From Candidatus Doudnabacteria bacterium (GTDB taxonomy: Bacteria > Patescibacteriota > Doudnabacteria > UBA920 > O2-02-FULL-48-8), in contig JACPKU010000001.1 of NCBI GenBank assembly GCA_016186915.1, positions 1-47,425 of the forward strand: DNA of 47,425 bases, written 5' to 3'. Under the pieces are notes generated by a model. The model worked only from the letters and a program-made list of their open reading frames with translations, was not told the origin of the DNA and made no database searches. The position numbers were made by a program, and so were the translations under genes. How positions within the stretch are numbered: the first letter of the stretch is position 1; the number at the start of each line of letters is the position of its first letter. This document shows, piece by piece, positions 26,555 to 34,599 of the stretch.

Positions 26555-28009
26555 CTATCGCGGCGGGCGCTGCGGCGGGATCGGTTCGAAATGCGGTTTC
26601 GGCGGCATGTCCTGGCCTGGGACGTCGCCGATGATAATGCCGGTCCGCGACTGCTGCTTCTGTCCAAGCTCGGCCACTCGGGCGTTCAGTTGCCGTATCA
26701 TCCGGTCGCGCACCTCCTCGTTGAGAGTGCGCTTGACGCCGAGCATGCCCAGCGGGCCGCGCTTGGGCACGTCCTTGTCTGCGACCTCCATCACTCCTCG
26801 AAGAGCCTCGATGGCGTCCTCTTGGGAGCGATCGGCGCGGTACTGCGCCTCGTTGGCCTTCGCCTCCACGGTCTGGAGCTTGGAGGCGAGGTCGGATCGG
26901 AGATTGGCCACGGCTGTCTCGATGCGTTGCGGCAGTGTCTCGGCGAGACTGCGAACCTCGCCGATTGAGGAGTGGAGCGTGGAAACGTCGGTCTCCAGCT
27001 TGTTTTTGATGGCCGTGTCCGAGGCCTCAGCGTTCTTGCGCGCGGCCTCGATCAGCGCTCTGATACGCTGGTCGCGCTCCGTGAGCTTGCCGTTGAGGTA
27101 ATCAACGGCGTCGGCCACCTCCTCGGAGAAGATGGTGAACAGGACGCCGCCGGAGTCGATGCATTCGCCGGTGCCACAGTCTGTCGTGCCTTTGGGGCGC
27201 AGCAGAAACGTGACCGCGCCGACGTCAGTGTTGTCAGCGATTGCGAGCTTGGCGCTCACCTTGTTCGCGCTCGCTGCGACGTCGTTGGCCGTCACACCAG
27301 CCGGGAACAGCACTGACTCGACGTCAGCCAGTCCCGTTCCAGTGATCACGACTTCGACTTCAGATCCGCGGACCCAGGCATCCGGCGTGATGCCAGACAC
27401 CTTGCCTTGGACCTGGGCGAACGCGGTGTTCGCGGATAGCCCGAGGCAGCAGGTCAGGAAGATGGCTGGCACCGCGGGTCTGCGTGGCACACGGGGCCGC
27501 ACCAGGACGATCAGCACGCCGATTACCAGAACGAAGATCCCCAGGCCACCGAAGATCCCCAGGCCACCGTAGAGCAGCCAGTTGAGCTTCTGGTGCAGAC
27601 GCTCGACACGCCGTCCGATGAGGTCTGGACTCCAGCGTGCGTCTTGCCCGTAGGTATTGTTGATGTTCCTTGAAGCCGTGACCAGGGCATCACGCACAGT
27701 GATTGGATTTTCCTGCGCGTCTTTGCTGATCTCCTGGTCGAGATCGAGCCAATAGCCGACTATCATCGCGTCTGGTTCGGCGGCCGGTTCCTCTGCAGGT
27801 GGCGTTGTCGGTGCTTCGGGCGCTGGCGTCGACTCGGGCTCTAGCTCCGGCTCCGTGGTGGGTTCGTTCTGCTGCGGCGTTGCCGGCGGCTCGGCCGGCT
27901 TCACGATCTCGGGGAGGCGCGGCTGGCGCATACGCTGTTGCGCCTCCAAGCTATTGCTCGCCGCGATGAGTGCGGCGAGTCCGAGAACGAACGCGATGAT
28001 GCGGTTCAT
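26555..28009 (-). CDS. island ORF2: secreted/membrane protein with Pro/Glu-rich linker, IPT/TIG-like domain and long coiled coil
   Basis: Signal peptide (SLEAQQ), P/E/T-rich stretch, a TM with duplicated GGLGIF, a second signal/lipobox-like segment (FLTCCLGLSANTAFAQ), a beta domain (VEVVITGTGL), and ~150 aa of heptad-like sequence. SD is AAGGAGAG. Confidence 0.75.
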   Translation of the reverse strand: MNRIIAFVLGLAALIAASNSLEAQQRMRQPRLPEIVKPAEPPATPQQNEPTTEPELEPESTPAPEAPTTPPAEEPAAEPDAMIVGYWLDLDQEISKDAQENPITVRDALVTASRNINNTYGQDARWSPDLIGRRVERLHQKLNWLLYGGLGIFGGLGIFVLVIGVLIVLVRPRVPRRPAVPAIFLTCCLGLSANTAFAQVQGKVSGITPDAWVRGSEVEVVITGTGLADVESVLFPAGVTANDVAASANKVSAKLAIADNTDVGAVTFLLRPKGTTDCGTGECIDSGGVLFTIFSEEVADAVDYLNGKLTERDQRIRALIEAARKNAEASDTAIKNKLETDVSTLHSSIGEVRSLAETLPQRIETAVANLRSDLASKLQTVEAKANEAQYRADRSQEDAIEALRGVMEVADKDVPKRGPLGMLGVKRTLNEEVRDRMIRQLNARVAELGQKQQSRTGIIIGDVPGQDMPPKPHFEPIPPQRPPR

Positions 28010-28296
28010 CTGTGCTCTCCTTGTCCCGCTTGTGGGACATCCTGAGCGGTGGTTGACGTTCGGCGGACGTTGATCGCCGCCGGTTCCGCGAGGCGACTGT
28101 CCACATCAAACATGACGTCCTTACCGACACGAATCCATGCCGGCACTTGTCCTCGCTTGATGTGGAAACTCTTGCCAACGTGCTCTTGAGGGCCAGTCAA
28201 AGCCTTCACGGTCCAGATGGCCCTTTCCGGATCATCTCTGGAACCGTCGACGGCCTGGACATACCCGGCGCACGCCGGCTGCCCTCTTGCTGTCAA
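28006..28296 (-). CDS. island ORF1: small hypothetical protein
   Basis: Start moved to TTG 28296 (GGAAGGAGG plus a 6-nt spacer), because the tracked start at 28377 lies inside the promoter. 4-nt overlap (ATGA) with ORF2. Confidence 0.5.
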   Translation of the reverse strand: MTARGQPACAGYVQAVDGSRDDPERAIWTVKALTGPQEHVGKSFHIKRGQVPAWIRVGKDVMFDVDSRLAEPAAINVRRTSTTAQDVPQAGQGEHR

Positions 28297-28367
28297 AATA
28301 TACCTCCTTCCAGAACAACGAGATGAACGAATCAAATACCCAAAGGATTTCGGGCAGATGACTTTAG

Positions 28368-28396
28368 ACTTTAGCAATTTTAGGCGTTTTTGTCAA
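28368..28396 (-). promoter_or_regulatory. island promoter 1, TTGACA-N14-TGC-TAAAGT
   Basis: On the minus strand, TTGACA at 28396-28391, 17-nt spacer, TAAAGT at 28373-28368. Confidence 0.6.
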
Positions 28397-28418
28397 CGTA
28401 TCTATGGGCTGATATAAT
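28390..28418 (+). promoter_or_regulatory. tRNA-Leu promoter, TTGTCA-17-TATAAT
   Basis: TTGTCA at 28390-28395 and TATAAT at 28413-28418, 18 nt before the tRNA. The -35 overlaps the divergent island promoter's -35. Confidence 0.6.
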
Positions 28419-28435
28419 ATGATGGTTAAGTATAT

Positions 28436-28520
28436 GCCGCGGTGGCGGAACTGGCATACGCGCATGGCTTAGGACCATGTTCCGAAAGGATTGAGAGTTC
28501 GAATCTCTCCCGCGGCACCA
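28436..28520 (+). tRNA. tRNA-Leu (anticodon UAG), long variable arm, CCA encoded
   Basis: Acceptor GCCGCGG/CCGCGGC, anticodon stem CATGG/CCATG, loop CTTAGGA, variable arm TCCGAAAGGA, T-arm GAGAG-TTCGAAT-CTCTC. Confidence 0.9.
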
Positions 28521-28587
28521 CTGCTACGCTCCTAGCGGAGCTTCGCAGTGCTAGCACTGCATAGTTTCAACGACGCAGTGCAAGCAG

Positions 28588-28616
28588 TTGATTATCTGAA
28601 TTAAATATGTTATTAT
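28588..28616 (+). promoter_or_regulatory. extended -10 promoter, TTGATT-N14-TGT-TATTAT
   Basis: TTGATT at 28588-28593 and TATTAT at 28611-28616, upstream of ftsH. Confidence 0.45.
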
Positions 28617-28639
28617 AAGTTGCATTACTAATAATATTT

Positions 28640-30496
28640 ATGTCCAAGTTTTTCAAAAACCTTCTAATTATCTTCGCCATCTTTCTTCTGGTGGCTGCGG
28701 CCTTTAGTTTTTTTGAAACCGAGCACAAAAACGCGGAACCAGTTTCGATTTCCCAAATCGCCCAGCAGGTCAACAGCGGCGAGATTGAGCGAATTGAAGT
28801 TTCGGAAGACAAGCTCATTGCTTTTCTCAAAGATGGGAGAGAGGAGCGCGCCAACAAAGAGCGAGAAGTCGCACTGTCTGAAAGCCTTATTAATTACGGG
28901 GTGAACGCGGAACAGTTAAATCAAATCAAGATTGAGGTAAAAGAACCAAGCGGCGCGAGTATTTTTCTTTCCACTATTTTGCCGTTTTTAATTCCGTTTG
29001 TTTTAATCGCGGCTTTTATTTGGTTTATGCTCCGCTCGGTGCAGGGCCAGAATAACCGCGCCATGTCTTTCGGCCAATCCAACGCCCAACTGTCCAATCA
29101 GTTGGATAAGAAAAAGCGCGTGACGTTTGCGGATGTGGCTGGGGTGAAAGAAGCAAAGGAAGAATTGAAAGAAGTCGTGGAATTTTTGCGCTTCCCGCAG
29201 AAATTTTTCTCTCTGGGAGCCAAAATCCCCAAAGGTGTTTTGCTTTTGGGCCCTCCGGGAGTGGGCAAAACCATCATTGCCCGCGCTGTGGCCGGAGAAG
29301 CCAACGTGCCATTTTTTCACATTTCCGGTTCCGAGTTCGTGGAGATGTTTGTGGGTGTCGGCGCTTCCCGCGTGCGCGATTTGTTTAAAAAAGCCAAAAG
29401 AAATTCTCCCTGCATTGTGTTTATCGACGAGATTGACGCGGTGGGGCGACAGCGCGGCGCAGGCTTGGGTGGCAGTCATGACGAACGCGAACAGACTTTA
29501 AACCAGATTTTGGTGGAGATGGATGGGTTTGAGCAGGATACCAATGTGATTGTGATTGCCGCTACGAACCGGCCGGATGTTTTGGACCCGGCACTTTTGC
29601 GTCCCGGCAGATTTGATCGGCAAGTGGTTTTGGACCAGCCGGATATTGCGGATCGCGAAGCGATTCTCAAGGTTCACAGCAAAGGCAAGCCTCTGGCCAA
29701 AGACGTAAATTTAAGAGCCTTGGCAGAGCGAACCCCGGGTTTTTCCGGGGCGGATTTGGCTAATCTTATGAACGAAGGAGCAATCTTGGCCGCGCGCAAA
29801 AATTTTCGCGAAGTCGGGCAGGCGGAACTTATTTCCGCCATTGAAAAGGTGATGCTTGGGCCGGAGCGCAAAAGCCATCTTTTAAGCAAGAAAGAAAAAG
29901 AGATTGCGGCTTGGCACGAAGCCGGGCATGCTTTGGTGGCCACAGTGTTGCCGCACGCTGACCCTGTGCATAAGGTTTCAATCGTGTCCCGCGGCCGGGC
30001 CGCTGGTTATACCATGAAGCTGCCGGCTGAAGACAAGAATCTTCATTCCAAGTCAGAATTTTTGGCTGATCTATCGGTGTCTTTAGGGGGCTATGCCACG
30101 GAAAAATTGATTTTCAATGAGCTGACCACCGGTGCTTCCAATGATTTGAAAGTCGTGACCAATCTTGCTCGCAAACTGGTGACGAGCTACGGCATGTCAG
30201 AAAAATTAGGGCCCATGACGTTTGGGGACCACACTGAAATGATTTTTTTGGGACGCGAAATAAGCGAGCAGAAAAATTATTCGGAAAAAGTTGCCGCTAA
30301 AATTGATGAGGAGGTGTCGAGTTTTATCGAACGCGCTTACAAAACGGCCACCGAAATCCTGAAGAAATACAAAAAATACCTAACCGTGATTGCGGAACGG
30401 CTGATTGAGGTCGAGACAATCGAGCGGGAAGAGTTTGAAGCATTGGTGAAAGACATTTTACCAAAAGAAAAAGCCTTTAAAAAAGCCATAGTCTAG
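28640..30496 (+). CDS. ftsH: ATP-dependent zinc metalloprotease FtsH
   Basis: Two N-terminal TM helices, AAA+ motifs GPPGVGKT and [12 protein letters not shown], and the HEAGHA zinc motif. Confidence 0.97.
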   Translation: MSKFFKNLLIIFAIFLLVAAAFSFFETEHKNAEPVSISQIAQQVNSGEIERIEVSEDKLIAFLKDGREERANKEREVALSESLINYGVNAEQLNQIKIEVKEPSGASIFLSTILPFLIPFVLIAAFIWFMLRSVQGQNNRAMSFGQSNAQLSNQLDKKKRVTFADVAGVKEAKEELKEVVEFLRFPQKFFSLGAKIPKGVLLLGPPGVGKTIIARAVAGEANVPFFHISGSEFVEMFVGVGASRVRDLFKKAKRNSPCIVFIDEIDAVGRQRGAGLGGSHDEREQTLNQILVEMDGFEQDTNVIVIAATNRPDVLDPALLRPGRFDRQVVLDQPDIADREAILKVHSKGKPLAKDVNLRALAERTPGFSGADLANLMNEGAILAARKNFREVGQAELISAIEKVMLGPERKSHLLSKKEKEIAAWHEAGHALVATVLPHADPVHKVSIVSRGRAAGYTMKLPAEDKNLHSKSEFLADLSVSLGGYATEKLIFNELTTGASNDLKVVTNLARKLVTSYGMSEKLGPMTFGDHTEMIFLGREISEQKNYSEKVAAKIDEEVSSFIERAYKTATEILKKYKKYLTVIAERLIEVETIEREEFEALVKDILPKEKAFKKAIV

Positions 30497-30504
30497 GCTT
30501 GATA

Positions 30505-31404
30505 ATGCTGCCATATTCAAACATACTAAAACAGGCTTACCAGTTAGTCACGACTCATAAATTTTTGTGGGGGTTGGGCCTGTTTTTGGTTTTGGGAAAT
30601 ATTTTTGATATCGTCAATTATACTTTTGACAGCAACTCCGGGGAAAGTATAAAAATGACCTTTGAAATTATATATGCGTGGATTCAAAATAATTTTTTGC
30701 TGGCTTCGCTTATCGGGGCCGGTGCTCTGATCATAATTTTTGCTCTACTACTGCTGGCGCTTCGCGCTCAGGCCGGAATCATTGTGTCAGTAAGAAGAAT
30801 TTTGGACAGAAAAGAAGCCGGCTTTATAAATGGTTTCAAGAATGGCCGAATGTTTTATTTAAGGATTTTCGGCGCCCTGGCTCTAGTTTTTCTGCTCATC
30901 ATAGCAGCCTTGGCAGTGTTAGGGCTGCCGATTTTCTATTTGGCCGTGAACGGCCTGGCTTCGAGGGCAAGCATCTTGGGAATTTTGGCATTAATAATTT
31001 TTGTGCCCGTCTCGATTTATTTAAAATTGGTAAGTCTGCTTATTCCCAATTTTATCGTACTTCATGATTTAAAAATCGGAGAGTCAATCAAGGCGAGCGC
31101 AGATCTGGTTAAAACTCACTGGCTCAAGATTTTAGTCTTTAGTATTTTTGTAGGCCTCGTCGCGTTTATAGGGGTAGTTATTGGTGTGTTCATCGCGTTT
31201 GTTCTGGGCTTGGCAGTTGTGAAATTTTTGCCTTTAAATTATGATTTAATAGGGTTTGTTGTGGGAGGAATCGTAATCTGGTTTGTCAGTGCTGTTTTAG
31301 CCGCTTTTCAACAAACTGCTTGGGTGTTATTCTTCTTGGAGTTAGTGAAGGCACAGAAACTCTCTGAAGAGTCTGAAACAGCTCCGGTTCCTGAAATAGT
31401 TTGA
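30505..31404 (+). CDS. polytopic membrane protein, unknown function
   Basis: At least 6 hydrophobic helices and no recognised motif. ATG 30505 is preferred over the tracked TTG 30499. Confidence 0.6.
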   Translation: MLPYSNILKQAYQLVTTHKFLWGLGLFLVLGNIFDIVNYTFDSNSGESIKMTFEIIYAWIQNNFLLASLIGAGALIIIFALLLLALRAQAGIIVSVRRILDRKEAGFINGFKNGRMFYLRIFGALALVFLLIIAALAVLGLPIFYLAVNGLASRASILGILALIIFVPVSIYLKLVSLLIPNFIVLHDLKIGESIKASADLVKTHWLKILVFSIFVGLVAFIGVVIGVFIAFVLGLAVVKFLPLNYDLIGFVVGGIVIWFVSAVLAAFQQTAWVLFFLELVKAQKLSEESETAPVPEIV

Positions 31405-31411
31405 TCATTTT

Positions 31412-31488
31412 GGGCGGTTAGCTCATCTGGTTAGAGCGCGAACTTGACGTGTTCGAGGTGGAAGGTTCGAGTCCTTCACCGCCCACCA
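31412..31488 (+). tRNA. tRNA-Val (anticodon GAC), CCA encoded
   Basis: Acceptor GGGCGGT/ACCGCCC, anticodon stem CGAAC/GTTCG, loop TTGACGT, T-arm GAAGG-TTCGAGT-CCTTC. Confidence 0.9.
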
Positions 31489-31569
31489 AAAACGATTAAA
31501 TCACAAATACCAAACCCCAAAAGTTCAAATGTTTGGAGTTTGTTGCTTGTGATTTGGAGCTTATAAATT
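31489..31569. repeat. A-word/T-word inverted repeat, family 1, short copy
   Basis: Left arm AAATCACAAATACCAAACCCCAAA versus right arm TTTGGAGTTTGTTGCTTGTGATTT. About 20 of 24 positions are complementary, with a 10-nt loop. Confidence 0.6.
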
Positions 31570-32253
31570 ATGGACTTATCCGAGTTAGAAAAAAAAATAA
31601 AAATAAAATTTAGGGATCAGACCTTGCTACAAACAGCGTTAACTCACCGTTCTTACCTGAATGAGAATCGAGGCTGGGGACTGCCGCACAACGAACGATT
31701 GGAGTTTTTGGGAGACGCGGTTTTGGAATTGATCACCACTGAATATCTTTACCTTAACTATTCCGAACCAGAAGGAGAATTGACCAATTTTCGGTCAGCC
31801 TTGGTGAACTATAAGATACTTTCAGAGATTGCGGCAAGTTTGGATTTGGACAAATTTATTTTACTGTCCAGAGGAGAGGCGAAAGACACGGGCAGGGCGA
31901 GGCAAGTGATACTGGCTAACGCGATTGAGGCGCTGATTGGCGCAATTTATCTTGACGGTGGATTTGAGGTCGTAAAGCAATTTATTTATACAAACATTAT
32001 TACCAGACTGGATGGAATAATAAACGCCGGCAAAGTTGTGGATCCAAAAAGTAAGCTACAGGAGCTGGTGCAAGAAAAGATTGGCGTCACCCCTCATTAC
32101 GAGGTTATTGCGGAATGGGGACCGGACCATAACAAAAATTTTGAGGTCGGGGTGTTTGTCGACAAGGAACAAATTGCCAAAGGGACAGGCTCTTCCAAGC
32201 AGGAAGCGGAAATTGCGGCTGCCCAAAACGGCCTTAAAGTTTCGGATTTTTGA
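31570..32253 (+). CDS. rnc: ribonuclease III
   Basis: RNase III signature ERLEFLGDAVL and a C-terminal dsRBD (GTGSSKQEAEIAAA). Confidence 0.95.
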   Translation: MDLSELEKKIKIKFRDQTLLQTALTHRSYLNENRGWGLPHNERLEFLGDAVLELITTEYLYLNYSEPEGELTNFRSALVNYKILSEIAASLDLDKFILLSRGEAKDTGRARQVILANAIEALIGAIYLDGGFEVVKQFIYTNIITRLDGIINAGKVVDPKSKLQELVQEKIGVTPHYEVIAEWGPDHNKNFEVGVFVDKEQIAKGTGSSKQEAEIAAAQNGLKVSDF

Positions 32254-32321
32254 CTCTATGAGAAATCAAACATCAAAAATCAAACAATTTTGCATTTCGC
32301 ATTTTGACTTTTGAATCGCCT
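32254..32321. repeat. A-word/T-word inverted repeat, family 2, short copy
   Basis: AAATCAAACATCAAAAATCAAA ... TTTGCATTTCGCATTTTGACTTTTGAAT fills the rnc-smc spacer. Confidence 0.5.
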
Positions 32322-34460
32322 ATGTATCTTAAACGCCTTGAACTCCATGGATTTAAGTCCTTTGCTCACAAAACCGTTTTAGATTTTGACCCAGGCATGA
32401 CCGCCGTCGTCGGCCCCAACGGTAGCGGCAAATCAAACGTGGCGGACGCGCTCAGATGGGTTATGGGCGAACAGTCCCTAAAGCTTTTGCGAGGGAAGAA
32501 ATCCGAGGATGTAATTTTTGCAGGTTCTGACAAAAAATCCAAACTCAGCATGGCTGAAGTGTCTTTGACTTTTGACAATAAAGACAGAAAAATGCCTTTG
32601 GAGTATATGGAGGTAGTGATTAGCCGACGTTTATACCGCAACGGCGAATCAGAGTACTTGATCAATAACCAACGCGCAAGACTTTTGGACATCGTTGACG
32701 TTTTGCTTGCCTCTGGGTTTGGGGGGACCAACTACGCCGTGATTGGGCAGGGCACCATAGATAACATGGTCTTGGCAGGGCCAAGTGAAATTAAGTCTTT
32801 AGTGGAGGAGGCCGCCGGTGTCAAGCCCTACTACATTAAACGAGACAAAACCAAAAGAAGACTTGAGCAAACCGAAGAAAATTTGTCATCTATCACAGCT
32901 TTAATCAACGAAATCGAGCCTCGATTGCGCTCGCTTAAACGTCAGGCCAAGCGGATGGAGGAGCGGGAAACGGTTGCGAACGAGTTGGCCTTATTGCAGT
33001 TACAGTTCTTCGGCCAGCAACTTGCGGTGCTTAAGACCGAGCTTTCGGCGACCAGCGAGCAAGTGGCGTTGAAAGACACGGCGGTTAAAAAGTTGGAAGC
33101 GGAAGTTGCCGGTTTTGAAAAGAGTTGGGACAAAGAAGAGCAGCAAACTGAGCAAGCGGAAATTTTTTTGGAAGAGCTAGAGAAAAAACTGGCGGAATTA
33201 GAAAGTCGACGGCTGGTTTTAGTGGAACAGTTGGCAGAAATCAAAGGGAAACTTAAAGTAGAAGTCCCGGTGACTAAAAATTTTTCGGAATTCCGGCAGA
33301 AATTCGAGGCGATCTTAGATTTATTGCGAGCAGAAAACGTCGAGGAGATCAAGCACAAGTTGCGAGAACTAGTTTCTCTATTTGGTGAGTCAAAAAACGA
33401 AGAACTGTTAAAACAAAAGAAGGTTTTGAGCCAAGAATTGGAGCAGATCGTTGCGGAAATGAACGAACAGAGAAGAGTAAAGCAACAGATGGAAGCGGAA
33501 GCCAAGCAAAAGAAGAATTTTTTGTCTGAAGAAGAAAAAAAGTTCCGCGCTAAGAGTTCGGAGATTATCCGGGTCAAGGACGAGCTAAATAAACTGCTGG
33601 TAGAGAAAGCTAAACTGGACACTCGCTTGGAGAGCTTGACTCACGAAGCGAAAGAAGCTTTGGGCCAGAGATACGAAGAGTTGTCTAATTATAAGTCTGG
33701 GCAAATTATTGCCGATCTACCGAATAAAATTTCCAGATTAAAACGACAACTGGAAATGACAGGCGGTGTGGACGAGGTGGTGCTTACCGAATACAGAGAG
33801 ACCAGTGAGCGGTTTGAATATTTGTCGGGGCAGCTAAAAGATTTAACCAAGGCAGTTGAGGACCTTCAAAGTGTAATCGAAGAACTGGATGAGATAATCA
33901 AAACTCAATTCAACGAAGCATTCCATAAAATTTCTCAAAAATTTGCAGAATATTTCCGTATTCTTTTTAATGGCGGCCGGGCGCAGATGAATCTTATTAA
34001 AGCCGAAGTCGGAGAAGTGGCCGAAGATGGTATGGATGACCTCTCCCCCGACCCCTCTCCTCCGGAGGAGAGGGGAGTTCTAAGTAGAAGAGAATCAAAG
34101 GAGATCGTGGGGATTGAAGTTAAAGCAACACCGCCGGGAAAAAAACTAGCCTCAATCACGGCGCTTTCCGGCGGCGAACGAGCATTGACTGCGATCGCCT
34201 TGCTTTGCAGTTTTTTGGCTTGCTATCCTTCCCCTTTCGTGGTGCTGGATGAGGTGGATGCGGCCTTGGACGAAGCAAATTCATTGCGGTTTGCGAAAAT
34301 TTTGGGGACACTTGCTCATCAAACACAATTTATCACCATTACTCATAACCGCGAAACCATGCGTCAAGCCCACACTCTTTATGGGGTGACCATGGATGAT
34401 CATGGGGTGTCTAAGATTCTCTCGCTTAAATTAGACAAAGCAGAAGAAATCGCAGAATAA
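32322..34460 (+). CDS. smc: SMC-family chromosome condensation ATPase, unusually short (712 aa)
   Basis: N-terminal head MYLKRLELHGFKSF...GPNGSGKSN. C-terminal LSGGERALTAIAL and VLDEVDAALD. Only ~390 aa of coiled coil lies between them, and I saw no hinge. Confidence 0.85.
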   Translation: MYLKRLELHGFKSFAHKTVLDFDPGMTAVVGPNGSGKSNVADALRWVMGEQSLKLLRGKKSEDVIFAGSDKKSKLSMAEVSLTFDNKDRKMPLEYMEVVISRRLYRNGESEYLINNQRARLLDIVDVLLASGFGGTNYAVIGQGTIDNMVLAGPSEIKSLVEEAAGVKPYYIKRDKTKRRLEQTEENLSSITALINEIEPRLRSLKRQAKRMEERETVANELALLQLQFFGQQLAVLKTELSATSEQVALKDTAVKKLEAEVAGFEKSWDKEEQQTEQAEIFLEELEKKLAELESRRLVLVEQLAEIKGKLKVEVPVTKNFSEFRQKFEAILDLLRAENVEEIKHKLRELVSLFGESKNEELLKQKKVLSQELEQIVAEMNEQRRVKQQMEAEAKQKKNFLSEEEKKFRAKSSEIIRVKDELNKLLVEKAKLDTRLESLTHEAKEALGQRYEELSNYKSGQIIADLPNKISRLKRQLEMTGGVDEVVLTEYRETSERFEYLSGQLKDLTKAVEDLQSVIEELDEIIKTQFNEAFHKISQKFAEYFRILFNGGRAQMNLIKAEVGEVAEDGMDDLSPDPSPPEERGVLSRRESKEIVGIEVKATPPGKKLASITALSGGERALTAIALLCSFLACYPSPFVVLDEVDAALDEANSLRFAKILGTLAHQTQFITITHNRETMRQAHTLYGVTMDDHGVSKILSLKLDKAEEIAE
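34052..34075. repeat. perfect 24-nt palindrome inside smc
   Basis: CCCCTCTCCTCC|GGAGGAGAGGGG, translated as PSPPEERG within an apparent extra loop before the C-terminal head. Confidence 0.85.
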
Positions 34461-34599
34461 AAATCCCAAATGACAAATAACAAAAAACAAATAAGCTCCA
34501 AATCTCCCCGCCTGCCGGCGAGGCAGGAAATCCCAAACTCTTGTTTGGTGCTTGGATATTGTGATTTATTTGCTATTTGATGCTTGATATTTGAAATTT
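34461..34599. repeat. A-word/T-word inverted repeat, family 1, long copy a
   Basis: It fills the entire smc-dedA spacer. The ends match the 45372-45514 copy. It has a central GC hairpin CCTGCC-GGCGA-GGCAGG (34511-34527). Confidence 0.7.

Noticed and set aside
25489-27572. Long + strand ORFs 25489-26283, 25838-26233, 26607-27101 and 27132-27572.
   Set aside because: Same reasoning. They overlap well-supported minus-strand genes that have SD sequences, signal peptides and TM helices. GC-rich sequence suppresses stop codons in antisense frames.
21445-28400. Calling the high-GC island a prophage, ICE or integron cassette.
   Set aside because: I saw no integrase, recombinase, transposase, capsid/terminase or conjugation genes, and no flanking direct repeats. 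tRNA-Leu presents its 5' end, not the usual 3' att end, to the island. The mobility mechanism is left open.
32942-33622. A 226-aa minus-strand ORF inside smc.
   Set aside because: It is the antisense of the Glu/Lys-rich coiled-coil region, which gives a Ser/Phe/Leu-rich artefact.
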